Origin: Balanoglossus misakiensis
Taxonomy: Eukaryota; Animalia; Hemichordata
Direction: 5' to 3'
NCBI GenBank assembly: GCA_040954595.2
Contig: CM082586.2
Coordinates: 9,393,337 to 9,457,336 of the forward strand
DNA length: 64,000 nt
Positions within the stretch are counted from its first letter, which is position 1; each line of letters opens with the position of its first letter. Below, piece after piece: positions 28,401 to 40,684 of the stretch. The position numbers and the translations under genes were made by a program. A model generated the notes under the pieces. That model was not told the origin of the DNA. It worked only from the letters and a program-made list of their open reading frames with translations, and did no database searches.

Positions 28401-28668
28401 CCCTAAAGAATCTGTGTTTCCAAAGATGCACCTTCTTGAATGTCATGTTGTCAGTCAAATTGAAATGACAAATATGGGGCTGGGTTTTCTAGGTGAGCAA
28501 GGTATTGAGGTCATTCACCATCACTTCAACACAGCAGAGAGGAGTTATGCCTCAATGCCAAATGACGTAGACAGGTTGAAGTGCATGGTGAAAGATCATC
28601 ATATCAGGAATCACCCAGGAAACCCTAAACCACCTATAAGGAAAAGGGCTCGCAAAGATAGCAGCTAA
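22449..28668 (+). CDS. Chapaev/RAG1-like DDE transposase, 10 exons, 1059 aa, apparently intact
   Basis: GT-AG exons 22449-23588, 23829-24112, 24250-24465, 24816-25061, 25531-25607, 25834-26036, 26441-26806, 27136-27288, 27704-27887, 28358-28668 join in frame (3180 nt). Motifs: Chapa/RAG1 N-terminal finger H-X7-CRICG...D-X4-HP...CKNC...W..H...CDVC; RING CPIC...C..PH.FC..C...CPVC; C..C..H..C finger; GGDKGG (D1); GDYEYL..YGLSGASGRYFCLWC (D2 plus C2); LHISLG; FIGNH; PKMHLLECH (H2); GEQGIE (E). Confidence 0.9.
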
Positions 28669-28712
28669 ATGTTTAAGATGAAGTGATATGCATGCACTTT
28701 GCTAAAGAAAAG

Positions 28713-28718
28713 AATAAA
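28713..28718 (+). promoter_or_regulatory. Candidate polyadenylation signal of the transposase gene
   Basis: AATAAA 45 bp after the stop codon. Confidence 0.5.
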
Positions 28719-28807
28719 TGGTTAAAAAAGTACAAGTTTTATCAGTAATCATTTCTTGTGATGTTTGGATGTAGTTAATAGAGGTGTGAGTGTATGGATC
28801 GGAACAC

Positions 28808-28941
28808 ACATATATACCGGTATATATTTATATAAGTGTGTGCGTGTGTGCCCATGTGTCTAAATATTACATATATACATATATATAGATATGTGTCTAT
28901 ATATATATATATATATATAGATATAGATATATATATATATA
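28808..28941. repeat. (AT)n/(GT)n microsatellite within the Chapaev 3' region
   Basis: Visible ATAT/GTGT runs. Confidence 0.85.
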
Positions 28942-29255
28942 CAATCCCCTATTGTCATATTTTTTAGTATATCCAGTGAACAGATCCCACCAAATGGTTC
29001 ATGGTATGTCCAACAAAACAAGAGCAATGATTTTTTAAGGTCGTGGCCAAAAAAATTAATTAAAAATATAATTTAATTGAAAAAATCTATGAATTTAAAA
29101 GTGAAATAATATAAATTTTCAAACTACATACATTTTTTTTAAAACTTGTACTTTTAAAATGTGTATTGTATTAAATTTGTGACCACAGCACAGATCAGGA
29201 TTGCCATATGAATATCGCCCTCTATCGATGTAATTTGGTAAGGTTTGTGAGTTTG

Positions 29256-29298
29256 TATTTCTTTACTCCAACTAGAATTCAAGCTGAATACGGCTGTG
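29256..29298 (-). repeat. Right bipartite TIR of Chapaev element
   Basis: Reverse complement: CACAGCC + 11-bp spacer + GAATTCTAGTTGGAGTAAAGAAATA. Confidence 0.85.
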
Positions 29299-32200
29299 CG
29301 TGATAAGTAGGTCAAAGGTCATGTGAAAAATCGCCAAAAATTTGTAATATATTTTAGTCATATGACGATTGATATCCATGAAAAGAATTTGTATGCTGTC
29401 AATTTTTAGACTAGGAAAAGGAATTTCAATTTTTCACTGCTTTTTACAAAATCGAATATGGCCGCCATAATCTTCGACCAATCACAATGCTCTTTGCAAA
29501 CTTGATAGACATCAGTGTTGTGACCATACTCCCCGAATCTTGCGACTCAGTTATCGCCCGTTCTGGAGAAGAAGATTTTTTGCAGTTTTACTATGGTTTT
29601 TCGAAAATCCAATATGGCCGCCATAATCTTCGACCAATCACAATGCTTCTTATCAAACTTGATAGACATCAGTTAGGTGACCACATACCCCAAACCGCGT
29701 CACTCGGTTATCACCGGTTCTGGAGAAGAAGATTTTTGAAATTTAAGCCAGATTTCAGAAAAAAAATTGTAGCAAAAAAACTGCAACATTTACAGCAAAA
29801 TATCCAATTACAAAAATGATGGGTAGAAGGTAGACTACCTGCACACCAAATTTGAAGTCGATCTGACTTGTAGTTTCTGAGATCTGAGATTTGCATTTTT
29901 TCAGAAAATCCAATATGGCCGCCATGTCACGTGACTAATTAAAAATTCAAGAGTTCAATGCACGACTACCCATTGACCTTGACCACTGTAGCAAGTTTGA
30001 GAAGTGTACCTGCAGCGGTGTCTGAGATCTAGAGCGACAAAGAAATGACACAAGAATAAAGAAAGAAAGAAAGAATTAAAGCTGCGAGCAGCATTGTCGG
30101 GCCCAAGCGCTGATCTTGAATTATATATGCACAGTATGAATGAGAAGAAACAGAATTTTTATCGGATGTATTATCTCATGACATATCAAGGATGTGTGTA
30201 TTTTTGCTGCTGAAATAGGGTGAAGTAGGTCAAAGGTCACCTGAGGTCACCCACAATTTGGGCAATTTTTTTTACCCATACTGGTCCATGTCCAACAAAA
30301 ACCAAAACTCTAGCTCTATTGGTTCGCCTGTAATTAGGTATGTGCATATTTAATGAGGTCAGCAGATGTTACAGGTGACCCAAAAATGTGGCTTTACATA
30401 TTGGTCCCATCCTACCAAATGCCATGGCTGTATCTGCTCTGGATGCTGAGATATGCGAAAGTAGGTCAAAGGTCACCAGAGGTCACCCAACATTTGGGCA
30501 AAAAATGTTGATCCCATACTGGTCCATGTCCAACAAAAACCAAACCTCTAGCTCTATTGGTTCCTGTAATTAGCTATGCACATAATTAATGAGGTCAGCT
30601 GAGGTCAAAGGGGTCATGAAAAGTAGCAAAATATTTTGATCACACACTAATCCACATTCATCAAAAACCAAACGTCTAGCCTTATAGGTTAGCCTGGAAT
30701 TAGATATGCAGAAATAATAACGCGTGATAAGTAGGTCAAAGGTCATGTGAAAAATCGCCAATAAATTGTAACATATTTTAGTCATATGACGATTGATATC
30801 CATAAAAAGAATTTATATGCTATCAATTTTTAGACTAGAAAAAGGAATTTCAATTTGTCACTGCTTTTTACAAAATCCAATATGGCCGCCATAATCTTCG
30901 ACCAATCACAATGCTCTTTGCAAACTTGATAGACATCAGTGTAGTGACCATACTCCCCAAATCTTGCGACTCAGTCATCGCCCGTTCTGGAGAAGAAGAT
31001 TTTTGGAGTTTAACTATGGTTTTTCGAAAATCCAATATGGCCGCCATAATCTCCGACCAATCACAATGCTTCTTATCAAACTTGATAGACATCAGTTAGG
31101 TGACCACATACCCCAAACCGCGTCACTCGGTTATCACCGGTTCTGGAGAAGAAGATTTTTGAAATTTAAGCCAGATTTCAGAAAAAAAATTGTAGCAAAA
31201 AAACTGCAACATTTACAGCAAAATATCCAATTACAAAAATGATCGGTAGAAGGTAGACTACGTGCACACTAAATTTGAAGTCGATCTGACTTGTAGTTTC
31301 TGAGATCTGAGATTTGCATTTTTTCAGAAAATCCAATATGGCCGCCAGGTCACGTGACTAATTAAAAATTCAAGGGTTCAATGCACGACTACTCATTGAC
31401 CTTGACCACTGTAGCAAGTTTGAAAACTGTACCTGCAGTGGTGTCTGAGATCTAGAGCGACAAAGAAGTGAACCAAGAATAAAGAAAGAAAGAAAGAAAG
31501 AAAGAAAGAATTAAAGCTGCAAGCAGCATTGTCGGGCCCAAGCGCTGATCCGGAATTATATATGCACAGTATGAATGACAAGAAACAGAATGCTCTATCA
31601 GGTTTTTTATCTCATGACATAACAAGGCCATGTGTTTTTTTGGTGCAGAAATAGAGTAAAGTAGGTCAAAGGTCACCTGAGGTCACCCAAATTTTGGGAA
31701 ATTTTTTTGGACCCATATTCGTCCATGTCCAACAAAAACCAAAACTCTAGCTCTATTGGTTCGCCTGTAATTAGGTATGTGCATATTTAATGAGGTCAGC
31801 AGGTGTCACAGGTGACCCAAAAATGTGGCTTTACATTTTGGTCCTATCCTTCCAAATGCCAAGGCTGTATCTGCTCTGGATGCTGAGATATGCGAAAGTA
31901 GGTCAAAGGTCACCAGAGGTCATCAACATTTGGGCAAAACATGTTGACCCCATACTGGTCCATGTCCAACAAAAACCAAACAACTAGCTCTATTGGTTCG
32001 CCTGTAATTAGCTATGCACATAATTAATGAGGTCAACAGAGGTCAAAGGGGTCATGAAAAGTAGCAAAATATTTTGATCACACACTAATCCACATACATC
32101 AAAAACTAAACGTCTAGCCCTATAGGTTAGCCTGGAATTAGATATGCAGAAATAATAACGTGCGAAAATTAGGTCAAAGGTCATGTGAAAAATCGCCAAA

Positions 32201-32942
32201 AATGTGTAACATATTTTAGTCATATGGCGATTGATATCCATGAAAAGAATTTGTATGCTATTAATTTTTAGACTAGGAAAAGGAATTTCAATTTTTCACT
32301 GCTTTTTACAAAATCCAATATGGCCGCCATAATCTTCGACCAATCACAATGCTCTTTGCAAACTTGATAGACATCAGTGTAGTGACCATACTCCCCGAAT
32401 CTTGCGACTCAGTTATCGCCCGTTCTGGAGAAGAAGATTTTTGGAGTTTTACTATGGTTTTTCGAAAATCCAATATGGCCGCCATAATCTTCGACCAATA
32501 ACAATGCTTCTTATCAAACTTGATAGACATCTGTTAGGTGACCACATACACCAAACCCCGTGACTCGGTTATCACCGGTTCTGGAGAAGAAGATTTTTGA
32601 AATTTAAGCCAGATTTCAGAAAAAAAAATTGTAGCAAAAAAACTGCAACATTTACAGCAAAATATCCAATTACAAAAATGATGGGCAGATGGTAGTCTAC
32701 CTGCATGCCAAATTTGAAGTCGATCTGACTTGTAGTTTCTGAGATCTGAGATTTGCATTTTTTCAGAAAATCCAATATGGCCACCAGGTCACGTGACTAA
32801 TTAAAAATTCAAGAGTTCAATGCACGACTACCCATTGACCTTGACCACTGTAGCAAGTTTGAGAAGTGTACCTGCAGCGGTGTCTGAGATCTAGAGCGAC
32901 AAAGAAATGACACAAGAATAAAGAAAGAAGAAAGAAAGACAG

Positions 32943-32995
32943 AAAAACCCCAACGAAACCAATAGGGCCCAAGCGCTGGTATGCGCTTGGGCCCT
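32943..32995 (-). repeat. Single HINE 5' head
   Basis: Loop TGGTAT; directly abuts the next unit's 3' end (CCCT-AATTAAAGCTGC). Confidence 0.9.
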
Positions 32996-34400
32996 AATTA
33001 AAGCTGCGAGCAGCATTGTCGGGCCCAAGCGCTGATCTTGAATTATATATGCACAGTATGAATGAGAAGAAACAGAATTTTCTATCGGATGTATTATCGC
33101 ATGACATAACAAGGATGTGTGTATTTTTGCTGCTAAAATAGGGTGAAGTAGGTCAAAGGTCACCTAAGGTCACAAGGGCAATTTTTTTTTACCCATACTG
33201 GTCCATGTCCAACAAAAAACAAAACTCTAGCTCTATTGGTTCGCCTGTAATTAGGTATGTGCATATTTAATGAGGTCAGCAGGTGTCACAGGTGACCCAA
33301 AAATGTGGCTTTACATTTTGGTCCCATCCTGCCAAATACCACGGCTGTATCTGCTCTGGATGCTGAGATATGCGAAAGTAGGTCAAAGGTCACCAGAGGT
33401 CAAGCAACATTTGGGCAAACAATTTTGATCCCATACTGGTCCATGTCCAACAAAAACCAAACCTCTGGCTCTATTGGTTCGCCTGTAATTAGCTATGCAC
33501 ATAATTAATGAGGTCAGCAGAGGTCAAAGGGGTCATGAAAAGTAGCAAAATATTTTGATCACACACTAATCCACATGCATCAAAAACCAAACGTCTAGCC
33601 CTATAGGTTAGCCTGGAATTAGATATGCAGAAATAATAACGCGTGATAAGTAGGTCAAAGGTCATGTGAAAAATCGCCAAAAATTTGTAACATATTTTAG
33701 TCACATGACGATTGATATCCATCAAAAGAATTTGTATGCTATCAATTTTTAGACTAGAAAAAGGAATTTCAATTTTTCACTGCTTTTTACGAAATCCAAT
33801 ATGGCCGCCATAATCTTCGACCAATCACAATGCTCTTTGCAAACTTGATAGACATCAGTGTAGTGACCATACTCCCCGAATCTTGCGACTCAGTTATCGC
33901 CAGTTCTGGAGTAGAAGATTTTTGCAGTTTTACTATGGTTTTTCGAAAATCCAATATGGCCGCCATAATCTTCGACCAATCACAATGCTTCTTATCAAAC
34001 TTGATAGACATCAGTTAGGTGACCACATACCCCAAACCGCGTCACTCGGTTATCACCGGTTCTGGAGAAGAAGATTTTTGAAATTTAAGCCAGATTTCAG
34101 AAAAAAAATTGTAGCAAAAAAACTGCAACATTTACAGCAAAATATCAAATTACAAAAATGATGGGTAGAAGGTAGACTACCTGCACACCAAATTTGAAGT
34201 CGATCTGACTTGTAGTTTCTGAGATCTGAGATTTGCATTTTTTCAGAAAATCCAATATGGCCGCCAGGTCACGTGACTAATTAAAAATTCAAGGGTTCAA
34301 TGCACGACTACTCATTGACCTTGACCACTGTAGCAAGTTTGAAAACTGTACCTGCAGTGGTGTCTGAGATCTAGAGCGACAAAGAAGTGAACCAAGAATA

Positions 34401-34433
<33 letters not shown>

Positions 34434-37336
34434 TAAAGCTGCAAGCAGCATTGTCCGGGCCCAAGCTCTATTATCTGATCCGATATTAGATATGCACATA
34501 ATTAATGAGTAGAAACATAATGCTGTTCTATCCCATGAAATATCAAGGTTATATCTATGTTTGGTGCTGATAAAGTGTTAAGTAGGTCAAAGGTCACCCA
34601 GAGGTCACCCAACATTTGGGCAGAAAATTTTAATCCATAGTTGTCCATGTCCAACAAAAACCAGACCTCTAGCCCTTTTGGTTAGCCTATAATTAGGTAT
34701 GCACATAATTAATGAGTTAAGCAGGTGTCACAGGTGACCCAAAACTTTGGCTTTTCATTATGGCCCCATACCTCCAAATGCCAAGGCTGTATCTGCTGTG
34801 GATGTCGAGATATGCAAAAGTAGGTCAAAGGTCACCTGAGGTCACCCAACATTTGGGCAAAATATTTTGACCCCATACTGGTCCATGTATAACAAAAACA
34901 AAACCTCTAGGTCTATTGGTTCATCTGTAATTAGGTATGTACATATTTAATGAGGTCAGCAGAGGTCAAAGGGGTCATGAAAAGTAGCAAAATTTTTGGA
35001 TCACATACAAATCGACATACATCAAAAACCAAACTTATAGCCCTATTGGTTAGCCTGGAATTAGATATGCAGAAAAATCATGCGTCAAAAGTAGGTCAAA
35101 GGTCATTGCCAAAATTACCAAAATATGTATAGCTTATTCTTGTCATATGATGATTCATATCCATAAAAAGAATTTCTGTGCTATCAATTTTTAGGCTAGA
35201 AAGGGAATTTTTACTTTTTAATCGTTGTTCACAAAATCCAATATGGCCGCCATAATCTTCGACCAATCACATTCCTCTTCGCAAACTTGATAGACATCTG
35301 TTTAGTGACCACACACACCAAATCTTGTGACTCGGTTATCGCCGGTTCTTGAGAAGAAGATTTTTGAAATTTTATTAGGGTTTTTCAAAAATCCAATATG
35401 GCCGCCATAATCTTCAACCAATCACAATGATCTTCGCAAACTTGATAGACATCAGTTAGGTGACCACATACCCCAAACCGCGTGACTCGGTTATCACCGG
35501 TTCTGGAGAAGAAGATTTTTGAAATTTAAGCCAGATTTCAGAAAAAAAATTGTAGCAAAAAAACTGCAACATTGACAGCATAATTTCCAATTACAAAAAT
35601 GATGGGTAGAAGGTAAACTACCTGCACACCAAATTTGAAGTCGATTTGACTTGTAGTTTCTGAGATCTGAGATTTGCATTTTTTCAGAATATCCAATATG
35701 GCCGCCAGGTCACGTGACTAATTAAAAATTCAAGGGTTCAATGCACGACTACTCATTGACCTTGACCACTGTAGCAAGTTTCAGAAGTGTACCTGCATCG
35801 GTGTCTGAGATCTCGTGGGTCAAAGAATTGACACAAGAATAAAGAAAGAAAGAAAGAATTAAAGCTGCGAGCAGCATTGTCGGGCCCAAGCGCTGATCTT
35901 GAATTATATATGCACAGTATGAATGAGAAGAAACAGAATTTTCTATCGGGTGTATTATCTCATGACATAACAAGGACGTGTGTATTTTTGCGGCTGAAAT
36001 AGGGTAAAGTAGGTCTAAGGTCACCTGAGGTCACCAAACATTTGGGCAAAATTTTTTGACCCATACTGGTCCATGTCAAACAAAAACTAAAACTCTAGCT
36101 CTATTGGTTCGCCTGTAATTAGGTATGTGCATATTTAATGAGGTCAGCAGGTGTCACAGGTGACCCAAAAATGTGGCTGTACATTTTGGCCCCATCCTGC
36201 CAAATGCCAAGGCTGTATCTGCTCTGGATGCTGAGATATGCGAAAGTAGGTCAAAGGTGACCAGAGGTCACCCAACATTTGGGCAAAAAATTTTGTTCCC
36301 ATAGTGGTCCATGTCCAACAAAAACCAAATCTCTAGCTCTATTGGTTCGCCTGTAATTAGCTATGTGCATAATTAATGAGGTCAGCAGAGGTCAAAGGGG
36401 TCATGAAAAGTAGCAAAATATTTTGATCACACACTAATCCACATGCATCAAAAACCAAACGTCTAGCCCTATAGGTTAGCCTGGAAATAGATATGCAGAA
36501 ATAATAACGTGTGAAAAGTAGGTCAAAGGTCATGTGAAAAATCGCCAAAAAATTGTAACATAATTTAGTCACATGACGATTGATATCCATAAAAAGAGTT
36601 TGTATGCTATCAATTTTTACACTAGGAAAAGGAATTTCAATTTTTCACTGCTTTTTACATAATCCAATATGGCCGCCATAATCTTCGACCAATCACAATG
36701 CTCTTTGCAAACTTGATAGACATCAGTGAAGTGACCAAACTCCCCGAATCTTGCGACTCAGTTATCGCCCGTTCTGGAGAAGAAGATTTTTTGAGTTTTA
36801 CTATGGTTTTTCGAAAATCCAATATGGCCGCCATAATCTTCGACCAATCACAATGATCTTCGCAAACTTGATAGACATCAGTTAGGTGACCACATACACC
36901 AAACCCCGTGTCTCGGTTATCACCGGTTCTGGAGAAGAAGATTTTTGAAATTTTGACCAGATTTAAGAAAAAAAATTGTGGCAAAAAAACTGCAACATTG
37001 ACAGCATAATTTCCAATTACAAAAATGATGGGCAGAAGGTAGTCTACCTGCACGCCAAATTTGAAGTCGATCTGACTTGTAGTTTCTGAGATCTGAGATT
37101 TGCATTTTTTCAGAAAATCCAAGATGGCCGCCAGGTCATGTGACTAATTAAAAATTCAAGGGTTCAATGCACGACTACTCATTGACCTTGACCACTGTAG
37201 CAAGTTTCAGAAGTGTACCTGCAGTGGTCTCTGAGATCTAGAGCGACAAAGAATTGACACAAGAATAAAGAAAGAATTAAAGCTGCAAGCAGCATTGTCC
37301 GGGCCCAAGCTCTATTATCTGATCTGATGCTAATAT

Positions 37337-38081
37337 GGCTAGTTATACTTTGCGAAACAACGAAACAGCGAAACGAAACAGCGAAACGACGAAACCATTA
37401 TTAAAATAGGGGCCAGTCATCAAGACGGTGGCGTATTATTATTTTAAAAGTTTCCAAATAAGTTCCTGGTCTGCGGCCTGGTACTAGTGGTTGCGCGCCA
37501 AAAAAGAATCCCGCCCCAAAAGGTCAATGTACGAGTATATTCACAGGGCTAAGGATTAGTTGAAACAAAGCAGTAGTGTCCGTAAGCTTTCGAGGGTCAA
37601 ACACTGATGGGGGGTAAGAGTAGTAGTTATATATAGAAACACATGTAACTCACACAACACAGTATCATTGTCGAAATTTCTTTATTATCTTAATTGCAAT
37701 TCATGCCTCCCCGCCTTGTGGTATTTAAGGAAATAGTGTCAGTTGCTGCCGCATTTTGAGGTTTCGATCTTTTGTGGTTTCGTTGTGTATATGTAGCAGT
37801 TTGGCATGAATCGTTTGCGCGCACACGACGTCGACTCTACCACTACATAGTACCAGGCCGCAGACCAGGAACTGGCGACCCGCCGTTTGTTTCCAACGCC
37901 AAATTCTAATGTTGAATTTCCGAGAAAACAATTTATCTGACATGTAGTTTTCTTGGCTCGCTTACGTTTTAATTTGGAAACTTTAAAAAAAATCATACGC
38001 CACCGTCTTGATGACTGGCCCCTATTTTAATAATGGTTTCGTCGTTTCGCTGTTTCGTTGTTTCGCAAAGTATAACTAGCC
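37337..38081. mobile_element. MITE with ~90-100-bp TIRs and 8-bp TSD (MULE/Merlin-like)
   Basis: GGCTAGTTATACTTTGCGAAAC...GTTTCGCAAAGTATAACTAGCC; TSD GCTAATAT at 37329-37336 and 38082-38089; CGAAA subrepeats in the TIRs. Confidence 0.88.
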
Positions 38082-40578
38082 GCTAATATAGTGTTAAATA
38101 GGTCAAAGGTCACCCGAGGTCACCCAACATTTGGGCAAAATATTTTGACCCCATACTGGTCCATGTATAACAAAAACAAAACCTCTAGGTCTATTGGTTC
38201 ATCATTAATTAGGTATGTGCATATTTAATGAGGTCAACAGAGGTCAAAGGGGTTATGAAAAGTAGCAAAATTTTTTGATCACATACAAATCCACATACAT
38301 CAAAAACCAAACTTATAGCCCTATTGGTTAGCCTGGAATTAGATATGCAGAAAAATGATGCGTCAAAAGTAGGTCAAAGGTCATTGCCAAAATTACCAAA
38401 ATATTTATAGCTTATTCTTGGCATATGATGATTCATATCCATTAAAAAGAATTTCTGATCTATCAATTTTTAGGCTGGAAAGGGAATTTTTACTTTTTAA
38501 TCGTTTTTCACAAAATCCAATATGGCCGCCATAATCTTCGACCAATCACATTCATCTTCGCAAACTTGATAGACATCTGTTTAATGACCACAAACACCAA
38601 ATCTTGTGACTCAGTTATCGCCGGTTCTTGAGAAGAAGATTTTTGAAATTTTACTAGGGTTTTCGAAAATCCAATATGGCCGCCATAATCTTCGACCAAT
38701 CACAATGATCTTCGCAAACTTGATAGACCTCAGTTTGGTGACCACATACCCCAAACCGCGTGACTCGGTTATCGCCGGTTCTGGAGAAGAAGATTTTTGA
38801 AATTTTGACCAGATTTCAGAAAAAAAATTGTAGCAAAAAAACTGCAACATTGACAGCAAAATATCCAATTACAAAAATGATGGGCAGAAGGTACATTACC
38901 AGCACACCAAATCTGAAGTAAATCTGACTTGTAGTTTCTGAGATCTGAGATTTGCATTTTTTCAGAAAATCCAATATGGCCGCCATGTCACGTGACTAAT
39001 TAAAAATTCAAGAGTTCAATGCACGACTACCCATTGACCTTGACCACTGTAGCAAGTTTGAGAAGTGTACCTGCAGCGGTGTCTGAGATCTAGAGCGACA
39101 AAGAAATGACACAAGAATAAAGAAAGAAAGAAAGAAAGATTAAAGCTGCAAGCAGCATTGTCCGGGCCCAAGCTCTATTAACTGATCTGATTATTAGATA
39201 TGCACGTAATTAATGAGTAGAAACATAATGCTGTGTTTTATCCCATGAAATATCAAGGTTATATCTATGTTTGGTGCTGATATAGTGTTAAGTAGGTCAA
39301 AGGTCACCCAGAGGTCACCCACAATTTGGGCAGAAAATTTTGACCCATAGTGGTCCATGTCCAACAAAAAACAGACCTCTACCCCTTTTGGTTAGCCCGG
39401 AATTAGGTATGCACATAAATAATGAGTTAAGCAGGTGTCACAGATGACCAAAAACTTTGGCTTTTCATTATGGCCCCATACCTCCAAACGCCAAGGCTGT
39501 ATCTGCTGTGGATGCTGAGATTTGCGAAAGTAGGTCAAAGGTCACCAGAGGTCACCCAACATTTGGGTAAAAAATTTTGACCCCATACTTGTCCTGTCCT
39601 ACAAAAACAAAACCTCTAGGTCTATTGGTTCGCCTGTAATTAGCTATGCACATAATTAATGAGGTCAGCAGGGGTCAATGGGGTCATGAAAAGTAGCAAA
39701 ATATTTTGATCACACACTAATCCACATACATGAAAAACCAAACTTATAGCCCTATTGGTTAGCCTGGAATTAGATATGCAAAAAAATGATGCGTCAAAAG
39801 TAGGTCAAAGGTCATTGCCAAAATTACCAAAATATTTATAGCACATTGTAGTCATATGATGATTCATATCCATAAAAAGAATTTCTGTGCTATCAATTTT
39901 TAGGCTAGAAAGGGAATTTTTACTTTTTAATCGTTTTTCACAAAATCCAATATGGCCGCCATAATCTTCGACCAATCACAATGCTCTTTGCAAACTTGAT
40001 AGACATCTGTTTAATGACCACACACACCAAATCTTGTGACTCGGTTATCGCCGGTTCTTGAGAAGAAGATTTTTGAAATTTTACTAGGGTTTTTCGAAAA
40101 TCCAATATGGCCGCCAAAATCTTCGACCAATCACAATGATCTTCGCAAACTTGATAGACATCAGTTAGGTGACCACATACACCAAACCCTGTGTCTCGGT
40201 TATCACCGGTTCTGGAGAAGAAGATTTTTGAAATTTAAGCCAGATTTCAGAAAAAAAATTGTAGCAAAAAAACTGCAACATTGACAGCATAATTTCTATT
40301 TACAAAAATGATGGGCAGAATGAAATCTACCTGCACGCCAAATTTGAAGTCGATCTGACTTGTAGTTTCTGAGATCTGAGATTTGCTTTTTTTAAGAAAA
40401 TCCAAGATGGCCGCCAGGTCACGTGACTAATTAAAAATTCAAGGGTTCAATGCACGACTACTCATTGACCTTGACCACTGTACCAAGTTTGAGAAGTGTA
40501 CCTGCAGCGGTGTCTGAGATCTCGTGGGTCAAAGAATTGACACAAGAATAAAGAAAGAAAGAAAGAAAGAAAGAAAGT

Positions 40579-40684
40579 AAAATTCCAACGAAACCAATAC
40601 GGGCCCAAGCCTGGCTTGGCTTGGGCCCGTAAAAAACCCCAACGAAACCAATAGGGCCCAAGCGCTGGTATGCGCTTGGGCCCT
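40579..40684 (-). repeat. Stack of 2 HINE 5' heads
   Basis: ACGGG-stem TGGCTT head, then TGGTAT head. Confidence 0.9.

Larger units (their letters stand above)
21385..29298 (+). mobile_element. Chapaev-type (CMC) autonomous DNA transposon encoding a RAG1-like transposase
   Basis: Termini CACGGCTG...CGGCTGTG. Sister units read AATAACGCGTGATAAG, giving a 4-bp TSD CGTG (21381-21384, 29299-29302). Both ends share an inverted 25-bp box GAATTCTAGTTGGAGTAAAGAAATA. CAC/GTG ends, a 4-bp TSD and a Chapa zinc finger plus RING are the defining features of Chapaev. Confidence 0.85.

Noticed and set aside
21385-29298. ProtoRAG/RAGL or Transib transposon with a 5-bp TSD
   Set aside because: No RAG2-like ORF or room for one. 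A 5-bp TSD (GCGTG) would remove the terminal G of GTG. Core motifs (GGDKGG, GDYE, GEQG) differ from RAG1 (CDGMG, YDEK, SEGNE). Chapaev is preferred, pending phylogeny.
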